Origin: Owenia fusiformis
Taxonomy: Eukaryota
Reading direction: 5' to 3'
DNA length: 64,000 nt
Assembly: GCA_903813345.2 (NCBI GenBank)
Contig: CAIIXF020000001.1
Location: 22,010,001-22,074,000 of the forward strand
A program made the translations under genes and the position numbers. Position 1 is the stretch's first letter. Each line of letters begins with the position of its first letter. Shown in pieces: positions 13,035 through 25,700 of this stretch. The notes under the pieces were generated by a model that worked only from the letters and a program-made list of their open reading frames with translations, had not been told where the DNA came from and searched no databases.

Positions 13035-15260
13035 CAATTCGTCGCATGAGAATAACTTTGTACTATCTCACATTTTTACGGAACTGAGAAATCAAGGTTT
13101 GAAAGTTTAGAGGTCTGTATCTTACTTAGTATTGCTATGTGAAACTTGATTTTTTGTATGTCACCTGGTCTCACCCTAGAGATATCTTATATGAAATATC
13201 ATACCTTGAAACAATTTACAAGATCCTTTTTAAAACTATGGAAATGGAGTTGATACAATTTCCCACCGGAATAACAGCTTATTTCTAATTTCAAATTGTC
13301 ATATCTGATATCAACTGTTTCAACCAATCAACTCTCTAAGAATTGGTCATGTGACTTGCAAAACTTGGAGTTATAACAATCTTATATTAAAACAAAGTAT
13401 GCCAATATGCATGTTATTGTATCTAGAATGAAAAATAATGTTTTGCTTTGTAAAAAAGTCTTCAAAAACCAAAGAATATTATTTAATAAAATAAAGAAAA
13501 TTCAATTTATAAAACTTTAAAATCAATTTCTCAAATAAGTACAATTATTTCTTAATTTTGGAATCTCAGGACACCCTTCAAAAAGAATTTATTGCCTTTG
13601 AAACTAAGGCAGAAGTACAATGCATTGAAACCAATGATGCCAATACGGTCCCCCACATATTTCCCTCGGTATAAACCCTGTAGCCTAAACCTCCCAGCAC
13701 ATTACAATGTAGCCTCTAAGGGCCGGTCTGCTGGTCATTATCAGGTTATTTTTGATACAGACCAGTTGATTTTTTCACTGGGTATAGGAGAATAACATTG
13801 CAACTGGTCCGTAATTCCATTTTGACCAGCAGGTTTCAGATCCTTAGGGCCTAAGACATAACCAATTTTTATTACATGCACATGGAAGAAATTTGAAAAT
13901 AGAAAAATAAATTTTAATTCATTTTAGATTAATGAAAGTGATGAAACCTTGATTTAGGTAATCACATTTTGTTCATTGTGATGCAGCTATCATAATCCAT
14001 TCATTTTCTGTTGTTTGCTACTCTGTGGAGTACAATTGGGAATTGAAACAATTGTAGAAGTGGAGACTAAGAGTGGCTCTTTGTAAAGAAATTGAACCAA
14101 TTTGTTACTTTTCCAAAATAAAATGTAGATGATCTAAAAACAATGATCCCAAAAATGCAAAAGAAAGGACAAATCTGAAAAACATACTAGTAATAAAATA
14201 ACTAAAAAGATCCCAGATGTTCAGTGAAAAGCGCAAAGTAAATCATAGATGAAGATAAAATAAAATAAGTGTTTTAAGGGACTATACTAACATAAAGATA
14301 ACTCCTTATTGATATAGTGTATGGTCAGTAAAAGTTAAAGCTAGTTTAAATAGATTTAGCTTTTTTTCCACAAACTATAAAACATCATTTTGAAAGAGAT
14401 TTCAATAGTATACAGACAGTGATTGCCTTTGAGCGATGTAGTGCAAAATATGACAGTTACTATTTGTTTTGATTACTATATCTAGTATATAACCTATTAT
14501 TATGTACTCTATTTGAAGAAACAAATAAGTAGTCCTTCATTTTCAACATTTAATGATGACAGCTTCGTATATGCATTTCTATTGCATTTGGCCATTCAAA
14601 CCCCTATAAGACCTGGTAGCAGGGAAGATAAAGGATACTTTTGACTGCTCACATGATCTAATTAACTGGTCATTTGTACTTTTCATCTTCCCTGGTAGCG
14701 AGGATTTAGGTTTTCGAGGAAATGAGTAATTCTATTTCATATCATGTGGCCATGAATAATCCAATGAGCATCCATAATACAAAGAGTAATTGAGGGCATA
14801 TAATTTGAATATGCATGGGATTGCACATACTGTATCATTTTATTTTTTTGATCTACTTGTAATAGTTCAAAAACTAAAACATGAAAGGCCAGGCAAGCAA
14901 ACTGGCATGGTTTTGTGTTACAAAACATTATTTCATTCTAGATACAATAACATGCATATTGGCATACTTCGTTTTAATATAAGATTGTTATAACTCCAAG
15001 TTTTGCAAGTCACATGACCAATTCTTAGACAGTTGATTGGTTGAAACAGTTGATATCAGATATGACAATTTGAAATTAGAAATAAGCTGTTTGTCTGGAG
15101 ATGGTACAATTTCACACTGAATTCTAGCTTAATGAGAGGGAATTGAGATGGGGCATGTATCTGAGATGAAAGCCTGTGTTTCAAATAGTAAAATTCCATG
15201 TCTATCTCAATTTTTTTGAAAATGGCAGTTAGTACAAAGTTATTCTCACGCGACGAATTG
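13035..15260. mobile_element. Nested TIR element with TA flanks and an additional ~180-bp internal inverted repeat
   Basis: Termini CAATTCGTCGCATGAGAATAACTTTGTACT / AGTACAAAGTTATTCTCACGCGACGAATTG; ~13273-13445 is near-perfectly inverted at ~14921-15090. Confidence 0.8.
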
Positions 15261-15262
15261 TA

Positions 15263-15410
15263 GACCTCTCTTGAGGTCAACTGTCAAAATTGTATACCGA
15301 TACTGTAAACCTTGAAAGTTCTGTTGACCGAGACCGGAGATCTAGGTCAACAGTACTCTCAGTGTTTACTGTTGAGGTATACACTTTTGTCAGTTGACCG
15401 AATAGAGAGG
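15263..15410. repeat. Imperfect ~145-bp hairpin (Crypton-like subterminal palindrome)
   Basis: CTCTC..GGTCAACTGTCAAAA..GTATACC..CTGTTGACC-loop-GGTCAACAG..GGTATAC..TTTTGTCAGTTGACC..GAGAG. Confidence 0.55.
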
Positions 15411-16606
15411 TGAACAATTGTTTGTTAGTCCGAAGAATATAATAATTGGACGAATATATAATCGAATATCAAGTGAACATATTTGATAAGTAAAGGTATC
15501 ATATTTTAGCAAAAAATCTCAAACCGTCGAATACTTGTAATTTTTTACACAACTTATTTTTTCAAAATTAAAAAAAAATCAACATTCAAAAAACATTTTT
15601 TCAAAAGTAGCGGTCAACAGTACCTAGTAGCGGTCAGCAGTACATATTGTTGCCCGCTCATCAACCAATCAGAAATGAGTATTTCAATTGAGGTACAAAC
15701 AACACAAAATGACTGATATCTGTTGTCTTTCCATGATTATATTAGTTATTTGTATACAATTTCCATACGGTAAATCAAGGGCATTTAATTTAGAAAATGT
15801 TCGTATAATAATCTTTATTTTTCAGATACAAATACATTAAGAAACCAAACAAAATACGTTTCATTCATGGACCACGGACTCACGCGTTTTATTCATGTCC
15901 CGACCAACACCTGTAAACAGGACATAAACAGTTTCTCTTGTTGTTCAATGATACATTATATTGGCGTTTTTGCATCAGCACATAGGTGTTGTTGTATCAT
16001 CGATAATAAACAGAGTGGTGTTGTTGCATCAATAGTGAGGAATTAAAACCGCGAATTTATAGCTTCTTGATGATGCTACATGTATACTAACGACAGTTTT
16101 TCAAAATATAGATCATGCGCTAGCTGCATGTGTATGATTATTGAGCAACTCGTCCTAGAAATGGGTTTAAATTGGGAAAACAAAATATCGTTCGAAAATC
16201 GATCACCGGAAGTCTGGCCATCTTGATGCAACAACACGGTGTTGTTGCATCACGATACCCCCCAGTGAAGTATGTTCTCAACAAATTATGCTGTTTTATG
16301 TTACAATTTGATGATCTACGATGAAGAACATCCTACATTTGATCCATAATGAGGAATATGACATCTCGATTTTAGCTGCACCTCGAATCTAAAAGAACGC
16401 CACCAATTCATTATAGTAAACCTTTTGGGAGATATTAGACCACGCTTCTTGCGATTTTGTACACTCCCTTGGCCTATATAGCGTTAATATAGGCCTATGG
16501 ATCTAATTCTGCTTTTAAAATTATGGACAGGTTTCTGATAAAATCGGTTAAAATTAAAATAATCAAAATTATCGAATTCGGATGGATAGCAGGATTTTCG
16601 AATCTA

Positions 16607-17048
16607 CAGAGTGATCCAAAAATGCAACCCTCAATTTCTTAAATATACCATATAAAAATACCATATAAAGTTTAAATCACTTTGACTTATATTGTAGTCT
16701 TACCCAATGTTATCAAAGTGTGATATGTGAAACTTTTTTTTTTAATTTCAAAAAGTGTTTTTTGAAGGACCTCTTGTTCGAAAAATCGTGAATTTATTTA
16801 AAACTGACTTTTAGAAGTGGCACATTAAATATGGCATTTTATTATTGAAATAGCATGCCCTTTGTTCAACCTTTGCATTGGTGTTAAAAATACCATCTTT
16901 TTGAAATGTATGAGGAATATTTGATGATTAAAAAAGCTACTTTTTTGAAAAATGGCGGAATACTTGAGAAATGAAAAGCTGACAACTTTTTTCCAATTTA
17001 TTTTCAAAAATCTCTAAAATGGAGGGTTTAATTTTTTGCGCCACCCTG
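16607..17048. mobile_element. Tc1/mariner-type MITE (degenerate)
   Basis: TA-CAGAGTGATCCAAAAA..AACCCTC / GAGGGTT..TTTTTGCGCCACCCTG. Confidence 0.55.
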
Positions 17049-17541
17049 TTTAAGACAGTGTGATAAATTCTATTGGTTCAATATTTCTTCAATAAATGGA
17101 AGATTATGTAATGAATGTTTTCAAAGAATTCAGTAAAATAAATGTATTTATTTATGAAAATGACAACAACACGGATAGACAGAGATTCATATTCAATACA
17201 TGGGCCGATTTGCACATCAACATTCAACATCCTCTTATATACAACATACAGCATAATAACATGCACAAGGAATTTCAAATAAAACAGAAAGTTGAACATA
17301 TGCATGGGGTGACATCTATTTAAAACATAAGAAAATTTCCAGTATCTATTTCATATCTAATGGTCTTTAACTTTTGAAGCTTTTTGAAGGCAATTCAGAG
17401 ACTTTCACATGTTTGTTTAAAACATTTCTCAGATAGCATCGGGATGAATTTGAATTCCTTTGACTTCACTTCTTAAAAGAGAGCTTCGTCTTCAGTCTAC
17501 TAGTTTATAACTAGACTCTACGCAAAGGGTGCAAAGGGTAG

Positions 17542-18772
17542 CATGCCCGTAGCCAGCTTTTTGTAAGGGGGGGGGCGGCTCTCACCCCCCCCCGCAAACC
17601 GCCCTCCCCCCCCCAAAAAAAAATTCCCCATGCTAAACCAAGCCCCTTTGTATTGTAAAGGACAGTGGCGGATCCGGAAGCTAACAAGGGGGGACCCACA
17701 CTTCAAGTCAGGAAAAAATATCCGCGGAAAAACGTTTTAGGGCCATAAAACCAAAAGGGCCAAAATTTCGAAAATCTATGGCACGTTTTTTATTTAAAAT
17801 TTGGCCTAACATAAAAAAAAATAAGGCCCAAAAAGGTCAAGTAATGCCCTAAAAGGCCAACTGAAGAGGCCCTACAATATTTTTGGGCCAACATTTTTTT
17901 CTAGGCCCATCCTAGGGCAACGCGGAAAATTGTTTAGGGCCCTAAAACCAAAAGTTGGGCCAAAATTCTGAAAATTGATGGCTCGTGCTTTGAAAATTTG
18001 GCCTATAATTGAAAAAACAAGGCCCAAAAGGTCAAGTAATGCCCAAAAAGGCCCACTAAAGAGGCCCTACAATATTTTTGGGCCAACATTTTTTTCTAGG
18101 CTCATCCTATGGCCACGCGGAAAACCTTTTAGAGCCCTAGAACCAAAATTATGAAAATTTATGGCCCGTTTTTTGGAAATTTGGCCGAAAATTGAAAAAA
18201 ATAAGGCCCAAAAAGGTCAAGTAAAAAGGTCAAGTAAAGGCCAACTAAAGAGGCTCTACAAAATTTTTGGCCAAACATTTTTTTTCTAGGACCATCCTAG
18301 GGCCGCGTGTAAGATTTTTAGGGCCCTAAAACCAAAATTCAGGCGAAAATTTATGGCCCGTTTTTTGAAAATTTGGCCTTAAATTGAAAAAATAGGGCCC
18401 AAAAGGTCAAGCAATGCCCATAAAGGCCCACTTAAAAGGCCCTGCAATATTTTGGGCCATCATTTTTTCCGGCCCCATCCTAGGGGGGGGGGGGGGGTTT
18501 ACAAAACACAAAGGACGATCCTAAAAAACAGAGGGAAAGGGGCACAAATATGTCCGCAAAAAAATTGGGCCAAATTTTGAAAATAATGCACAAATTTAAA
18601 AAAAAATGCACAGTAATGCCAGTTTTTTAATCTTAATTGCCCAGTGAACGTGGGGAAGAGCAAGTTTTTCTTCAAGGAAGCAAAAAGGTAGGTCCACATT
18701 TTTTAGGAGATATCAGACGGGGGGGGGGGGGGCTCATACGAGCCCCCAGAGCCCCCCCTGGCTACGGGCCTG
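17542..18772. mobile_element. hAT5-like composite element with 5-bp TSD carrying a tandem array
   Basis: TIRs CATGCCCGTAGCCAG / CTGGCTACGGGCCTG; TSD GGTAG; same TIR family as 11140-11217. Confidence 0.85.
17720..18483 (+). repeat. Tandem array, ~4 units of ~190-198 bp (GGCC/AAAA-rich)
   Basis: Units begin CGCGGAAAA..TTTAGGGCC..AAAACCAAAA at ~17722, 17920, 18115 and 18303; each ends CCCATCCTAGGG-like. Confidence 0.85.
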
Positions 18773-19411
18773 GGTAGGATACTACCTTCTCAGTTGACAA
18801 GCCAAGAGGCTGGTATATACTTGTACATTATCTAATATATACTAGATATAGTACATTTACTACATTTAAGTTAGAAACAACCGTTACATATAAGACAACA
18901 TATCGTCTTTTTTCTTACTACCAAGTCACACCATGTACCAAACTATTTCTCAAACCATTCAAGTGGAAATAACATGTAGTAAATGTTTCTTTGTGTTCAA
19001 AATATTGCTAATGTTCAAGTTGAAACTCGTTCCATGTTCCTCATACTTTTGCATATTTTCCATATCGTCCTTTTTGTTGGTACCTCCCTCTCATGGAATT
19101 GGATTCCAAAAGCCACTTGCGCTGCAATGAGTAGTGCAATGAAACTTCTGGTTTGTTGATACCCTTTGAGTAGTAAGTTAGGTTTTCTGTCAAACCTCTT
19201 TACATAACCCTAATATCACACCAAACTAGTTCTCAATACGTTCTCGAAAACGGACTTAAACTGTGTACAAACAGACGAGCTGAACGTACTACAATCCCGA
19301 GACTACGTTCCGCAACCCGTTCCGTTCCGTTAGCCCGTTCGGCAACATGTTTCAAAAGCATAGTAAGAACAGATTTGTTGTGATCGTGTGTTGAGTGTTA
19401 ACTGACCCAAA

Positions 19412-21082
19412 TTACACTTGTGTCTTGGCCGTGCTCCTGTTGTTAGAAACTGCATTTTCATTTGTTATAGCGCTGTCTTGGATGCGATCAGCCATCTTTT
19501 TACAACAGACAAGTTCGTACAGTCCTCGTCTAAACCTGGCGCTCACAAGCGTGTAAATGATAAAGTTAATGCTAGAATTGATGCGCAAGAAGAGGTCAGA
19601 AATGATCAAAACACAATACGCTAGCCCATACGAGAACTTCAGTATATCAACGTTTAGTACGATCTTCTCTGAACGATGAAAATAGTACAGAATTTGGACA
19701 ATTTTAACGCCCATTGCAGGTAGGATCAACAGGAGGAACATGAAGGCGACGACGGTCAACATGAGTGTTAGGTTGTCCCTTCCTTTCTGACTGTCCTTCT
19801 CCGTTGATGTAACCAATGCTTTGCGTCTTCTAGCCGCCTTCCTCAAGGCTGACACCAATAAACCGTTCATCGCCAGCACAGACACCACCGGGATGATATA
19901 TTTAATAAGACCCTCGCAGATCATCCCGTAAACAATCCCATAACCGTACGAGTTTCCAAATGGTGTGAGTTTTCGCATCCCTACAGGAGCACCGGTGCAA
20001 GGATTGACAGACATGTACGACTCCTGGTGAAAGCACGTAGGTATGTTGTAGCAGATGCAACAAATGCTAATACATACCACCTCAACCCTTGCTTTGGTGA
20101 GAGTACAGAGACTACTCGCTTTGAATGGCTTGCAAACAACAATATAACGGTCTAGTGTAAGTAAAACAACCAGCCAAGAGGATAGCAACTGCAGAGTTTT
20201 GTTCACGAATCCAAGATACTGCTTATTCAAGGCAATCCAGTGGACAATCTTTGTGTCTCGATGTTGGACCCATGTTGTGTTCTGGTAGGCCGTCAAAAAC
20301 GGATCAAACATCAGATACCACAGACAATAAGTCCCGTCTACCAACGCTAGAGATTTCAGGATGAAAATACTTGTATTTGTGTTATCTTTTGATAATATTA
20401 TGAACGCCAAAATATTTCCAATCAGTCCACCAGCACATAGTACGATACTCAACCAAAACTCAATAGCCATACTGGCCATAGTTAATCCCTTTGGACGTAA
20501 ACTGTCCAAGTTCAAATCTTTATTATATGGTGGACAGCAAAATAATGTCTTCGTTCGCATATGTCTTAGAAGACACGGGGACAACTGGACCTTGTTGACG
20601 TCAACAGTGTCTGTTGACATAATCGGTTTATTCATAGTAGACGTGCGCGTATCGACACCTCTTGTAGTGTAAAGGTCAGCTGTTTCTGTTACGTTCCTAT
20701 TGTTTTCTGTCCATGATGTAACAAGATTATGTACAATAGGAGATGTGATCTCAATAGCCACAGCGAATTCTTCCTGTGTTGTTTGAACATTGATATCAAC
20801 TGCATCAGTCTCATTCATTATTTTTGTAACATTTAAAACTGTTGTGTTGAGCATAGACGGATTGACGTTGACACCTCCAGGTGGGTTCCTTTCAGTTGTG
20901 ACATTATTTTCGTATAATGACACCGTCGGTACTGCCAGCGTTGCTACTGATGTGAGTTCCGTGTCGGAGAACGGAGCTGTTTTAGTCCTCTGATCCTGTT
21001 TTGAAAAATTGAAAGCGATGATTTCAGTGACAGATGAATATCCTGCAATCAGCAAAATGAAGACTTTCATCGGAAACTCCAT
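19412..21082 (-). CDS. Intronless rhodopsin-family GPCR, FMRFamide/peptide-receptor-like, with signal peptide and Thr/Asn-rich ectodomain (556 aa)
   Basis: Single open ORF; hydrophobic N-terminus; seven TM segments with GLIGN (TM1), LALVD (TM2), LDRY (TM3), NSSINFIIY (TM7, NFxxY variant); C-terminal TQV. Confidence 0.92.
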   Translation of the reverse strand: MEFPMKVFILLIAGYSSVTEIIAFNFSKQDQRTKTAPFSDTELTSVATLAVPTVSLYENNVTTERNPPGGVNVNPSMLNTTVLNVTKIMNETDAVDINVQTTQEEFAVAIEITSPIVHNLVTSWTENNRNVTETADLYTTRGVDTRTSTMNKPIMSTDTVDVNKVQLSPCLLRHMRTKTLFCCPPYNKDLNLDSLRPKGLTMASMAIEFWLSIVLCAGGLIGNILAFIILSKDNTNTSIFILKSLALVDGTYCLWYLMFDPFLTAYQNTTWVQHRDTKIVHWIALNKQYLGFVNKTLQLLSSWLVVLLTLDRYIVVCKPFKASSLCTLTKARVEVVCISICCICYNIPTCFHQESYMSVNPCTGAPVGMRKLTPFGNSYGYGIVYGMICEGLIKYIIPVVSVLAMNGLLVSALRKAARRRKALVTSTEKDSQKGRDNLTLMLTVVAFMFLLLILPAMGVKIVQILYYFHRSEKIVLNVDILKFSYGLAYCVLIISDLFLRINSSINFIIYTLVSARFRRGLYELVCCKKMADRIQDSAITNENAVSNNRSTAKTQV

Positions 21083-22695
21083 TTCAATTGTTAGTGGAAT
21101 TTTAGCTCTAGTCTCTATGAGCTATTATTGACAATACTATTGACACTTAAAATCAATAAAAAATGACCATAAAACACGATTTTGATATTTATTCAAGGTG
21201 ATCGTGGTTTTCACGACCCAACGAATTTGCAAAACGCATGCATATGTTTATCATCTGCTATTGTCATCACGCGCTCAGTTGCGGTTAATACTCAATCAAA
21301 CAATAAAATCTGCCGTAAACACTACATAAACTAAAAGGATTATTAAACAATAATGATAGTAAATGGGGATAATGTTTTTTCAGTAATTGCAATTTTCCAA
21401 AAGAGCCTGAGAACCCGGATATAGTGTAATATCACGTTTGTACTAGTTAAAGCTGAACACTCGTCAAATCATTGCTCTTATGTTATATGCATAGCGCCAT
21501 CTTTTGCCAGTGTACACATCTTTTAATAATATTCAATTCCCAGAAAGTAAAGTAAGAAAAGACGTAGAAACACTGAAACTGTGGTAATAAGTATTGATGA
21601 TAGCTCACGTCTCATTTAATAACTAAATGTATTTTATTGTCAGTGCATAAGGATATAACACAGGATTTGAACCTGTCATTTGCAGTGTAATCCTTTTCAA
21701 ATGAACTCTTTAGCGGATTATCTTATACTTTTAGTAGTGAACAGCAGCTTGCAATTATTTACAAAGCGTATATTTGTACTTGTAAAAGGATCAAAATGTT
21801 CATTCTCCACCAAGAGAATGATACGGTGTCTCAATAATTGTTAACAATTGTTGACAGTTTTTGGTTAACAAATGAATAATCCCATCACAGCCTTCTCTCA
21901 GCTAGTTTCCTTCTAGAACATTTTTGTGCATGGCAGAGATGGTCTGAGTATTAGAATGGAATAAACCAAGGTATTAAAGAATCTTAGCATCGCATCATTG
22001 GAGATTTGGTCCAAGTTTTTTTCAAACGTCATGGAAAATGATTAAAATGACATACAGTAACTGTATAAATCAAAGTTATTCTTGCGGAAAACTTTTCATT
22101 GAATTCAAATATGCCATTATAAAGAAAAAAAGTTAGTTAGAGGTTAGAAGTGCAAATCTCTTAAAATCACACGAAAAACAAGAATTGGCGAGATTTCAAA
22201 GCTATATGGAAACTCGTCTATTGAACTATATCAAACTTTCCCGCATCGAACATTTTGATCATTCGATCACCTTTCTTAATTAATAAAAAAAATAAAATGA
22301 ACTATTTGATCACGAAAGTAATAAAGCATGCTTTCCATAAAATTGCCATTATCTTATCAGCTACTAATGGAATCATCCCCTTAATATACGGCCATGTATT
22401 GTTAAATACAATAGAGCATGTCATTTTCTATTCCATTGATTTTAAAATGTTATATCATTGTAGATGATTAATAATATCCCAATTTATATTTTCCAAATTC
22501 AATTTTCTCATCGAACGCTTTTGGTAGGCCTAACTATATAATGCGCGAAACACTTTGACTTTCAACTTGAAAAATCACGCTCTTTATAACAGTGCGTTTA
22601 TAATATCAATTAAGAAATTAACATATTTGTTAAGAAAGTATAAAGCTAAAAGTTAATCTACATTTTATCGTATAAACTATAGCAATGTAACCGAC

Positions 22696-22703
22696 TATAA
22701 ATA
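22696..22703 (+). promoter_or_regulatory. Candidate TATA box of SRCR copy 1
   Basis: ACTATAAAT 35 nt before the inferred ATG; conserved at the equivalent place in copy 2 (42581-42589). Confidence 0.35.
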
Positions 22704-22730
22704 TTACAGTTAACCTGTGGGATGATCAAT

Positions 22731-25700
22731 ATGAGTAGGTACGTACATTTTATCTTGCAATTGTCTATAGGTCGTTGTCGTCATTATTTAAACATCTTGT
22801 GATGTCAACATGCGACGTTCGATTTTTTACAGTAGAGTTGGACATATGTTCTATGTTCATGGACTTACCCGTAATTATATCATAGGTTGAGTTATGTATG
22901 GTTGAGTTGTGTATGTGTGGTGCTACTTCAGCTGATAATATGTCGGGCTGCTGGCCCAGGTTCTGGTATTTACTTATATTTATATAAATTAGAATTAATC
23001 GTCTGGTAATTGGCCGATAACACGAAAAGAAGACGTTTCAATTCTCAGTTATCAAATAGCAATCATAACTGCTTTAACTATGGATGCAATTCCCACACCC
23101 CATAATATTTTAACATTGGCACTGCAGGGTGTGTGATCCGACTCTCATTTGAAGACGTTCTGATTTTACGACAAAATAAATACAATATTGAAATAAAAAC
23201 ATAAACGTCAATCGAGTTATGAACATTAATGTCAATTTATGGGCATATTTGCTAACGCCATTCAGCCGTTTGATGCTATTTCGATTAAATATTGATCAAC
23301 ATAGGCTAATATCATGAAAAGTAAGATACTCCGGCATTAGATGTTTAATAGAAGCAATGCTGTTATTTAAAATACATAAATCAAACGTTCATATAAACAA
23401 GAAACAGAGTGATATTCGCAGTTAAAGAAGATAGAATGATTTTATTTACATTATATTTATTTTAAATCCCAGCTTGAAAATGATAAATATGAGTTGTTAT
23501 CATATTGAGATGGCTAGTCAACAATACAGAAATACTTGGCCACATTTTTAGTATCCCGTCCACCCGTTTAAGATACAATAAATAAAATATAGTGAAAATA
23601 GATATCAGGATATTGGGATGTCCAAGTGACAGAAAGAATTAAATGCATATTTCAATCTCCGATTTAAGGGCCCTTTACGAGTATTCGTTTGACCAGGGCA
23701 CGTAAAGGGCAAGCGGGTCTCGAAGGACAAGTCGAGTTGTTCTTTAACAATAGTACAATAATGATACCCCAATGGGGCGTAATATGCGGGGATTTTGATG
23801 ACAATGCTGCGAAGGTTGTTTGTCGAGAGCTCGGTTTTCCAAAGGGCACCAGAGCAGTTCCTCTGCTTGTAAGGATTCTATATTTCTATAACATTTCATA
23901 TTTTAGCTATCATTCATACGTTGTTTCGGTATGATTTCGAACATACATCAAAAACACTTTCCGACAGATAAAGTCACTTTAGTGACAATTTTTGAACGTT
24001 TTTTATCCTTAAAACATTCCATTAATTGTTTAAAGGATTCTCATTTCGGAATAAAAGATAAGCAGACTTTCATGCACCTCCCCCCGAATGCATGTAACGG
24101 TACAGAGAAGAGGCTGGTCGATTGTCAACATTCGCCTATCCTTCATTGGCCTCCAGGTACCGTGTTTATAGCATCATATTCTCGCAGATTACTGAGCAAA
24201 CTGAGATTAATTGGGCAAAATAAAATGAAAAGTGCCCTTGTACAGTGAAACCTGTTAAGTGAAACAGTTCTCTGTTTGGGGAAAACTTCAGAGTAAAAAG
24301 ATCAACTGACTCAATGTTAAATGAACCTCTATAAGTGGAACACCTCCCAAGGGAACACTTTTTAGGCCCTAACCATGAGGTTGCGAGTTCGAGACACGTG
24401 TGCTCCTTGTGTTTATTCATTTTAGGCTTTTACTGTACTTAAAAGTGTAACTGTCGATCAATCTAGGATAGCAGACTCATTATACTCATTGTTTGATATC
24501 TTTGTTAAAGATACCATCTTAGATTTTCAAGGTATGATGTTTTCATATTGTTTGAAAATCAAACTGGGAAACGAGTATGTAAAGATACACCACTTGTATG
24601 AATTTTACATATTCCAGGAATTTCATGTAAGCGCACAAATATCCACAGGGACAATAAGGACGGTTCTGAGAACATCATTGGCGTCTCGTGTGAATCTGAA
24701 CCAGATATTGAAAGTGAGTGCAAAGAACACCCTTCATAGGCCAGAACCTTACATAGTCCATTTTATAAGTATTACTTTTGAGTATTAGTCTAGCCACAAG
24801 CCCTTGTGAGCCCCCTCCCCCAACTACACGCCTCACCTGTTGTGTACGTTCGTGTAGGGCTCCATAGTCTTGAAGCAAGACTATTTGAATTATGATTTCA
24901 ACCTATTGTTAGGGTACACCGACACCCATAATATGTTTGATTTTGAAATCCATTGTGAATTGACTAGAATCCTACACATACGCTTTTCACCATGCTCTTG
25001 AAAAATATCTATATAAGTAATTATAGACATTGACTTCAATTGATTTTTTCTATTTCAATTTTTTTATACACACTACTCGTACTATTGATTGTTAATTGTA
25101 AATATTGTTTGGAGGGCATTATATTACTGGTCTTGGTCATTGTTTGCTCATCCCACCAAAAGGAAACAAAGGTTATTGAACAAATACTTTTATATGGTAC
25201 AGAAAACAATCTACATATAATATATTCATATACACTACTGACCAATCATGTCATTTCAGTTCGACTTGTTGATGGAATAGACAACACAGAAGGAAGGGTG
25301 GAACTCAGCTACTATGGTACATGGGGCACTATATGTGACGACTCCTGGGATGACAACGATGCCAAGGTCGTATGTCAACAGCTGGGTTTATACCAGACCC
25401 ATGGCAAAGCATTTAGCATGAGGGCCGCCTATTTTGGAGAGGGCCAAGGTGCAGAGTAATTTATTTAACGTTATGACCATCAATCCTCAAACTCAATGTA
25501 TTTTAGGCACTAAAATAGCATGATTTGGTACGTTGAAATAGCATGAAATTCCCGGCATATTGCTGCAATGTAGACCTCCTCATAACTTTCGGGATGCTCT
25601 CTGTATTTCGAGTGCATTTTTCAAATTCTCCAGCGTCATTAATTAAAGGATCAGATAAGATAGAGAGGAGATAAGTGAAAAAATTGTTGGGAGATTTAAA

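Larger units (their letters stand above)
11798..16267. mobile_element. 4.47-kb non-coding TIR element with ~270-bp TIRs and 6-bp TSD
   Basis: CACTGGGGGGTATCGTGATGCAACAACACCGTG... mirrored at ~16010-16267; TSD AAGTAT on both sides; repeated GATGCAACAACAC motif. Confidence 0.88.
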
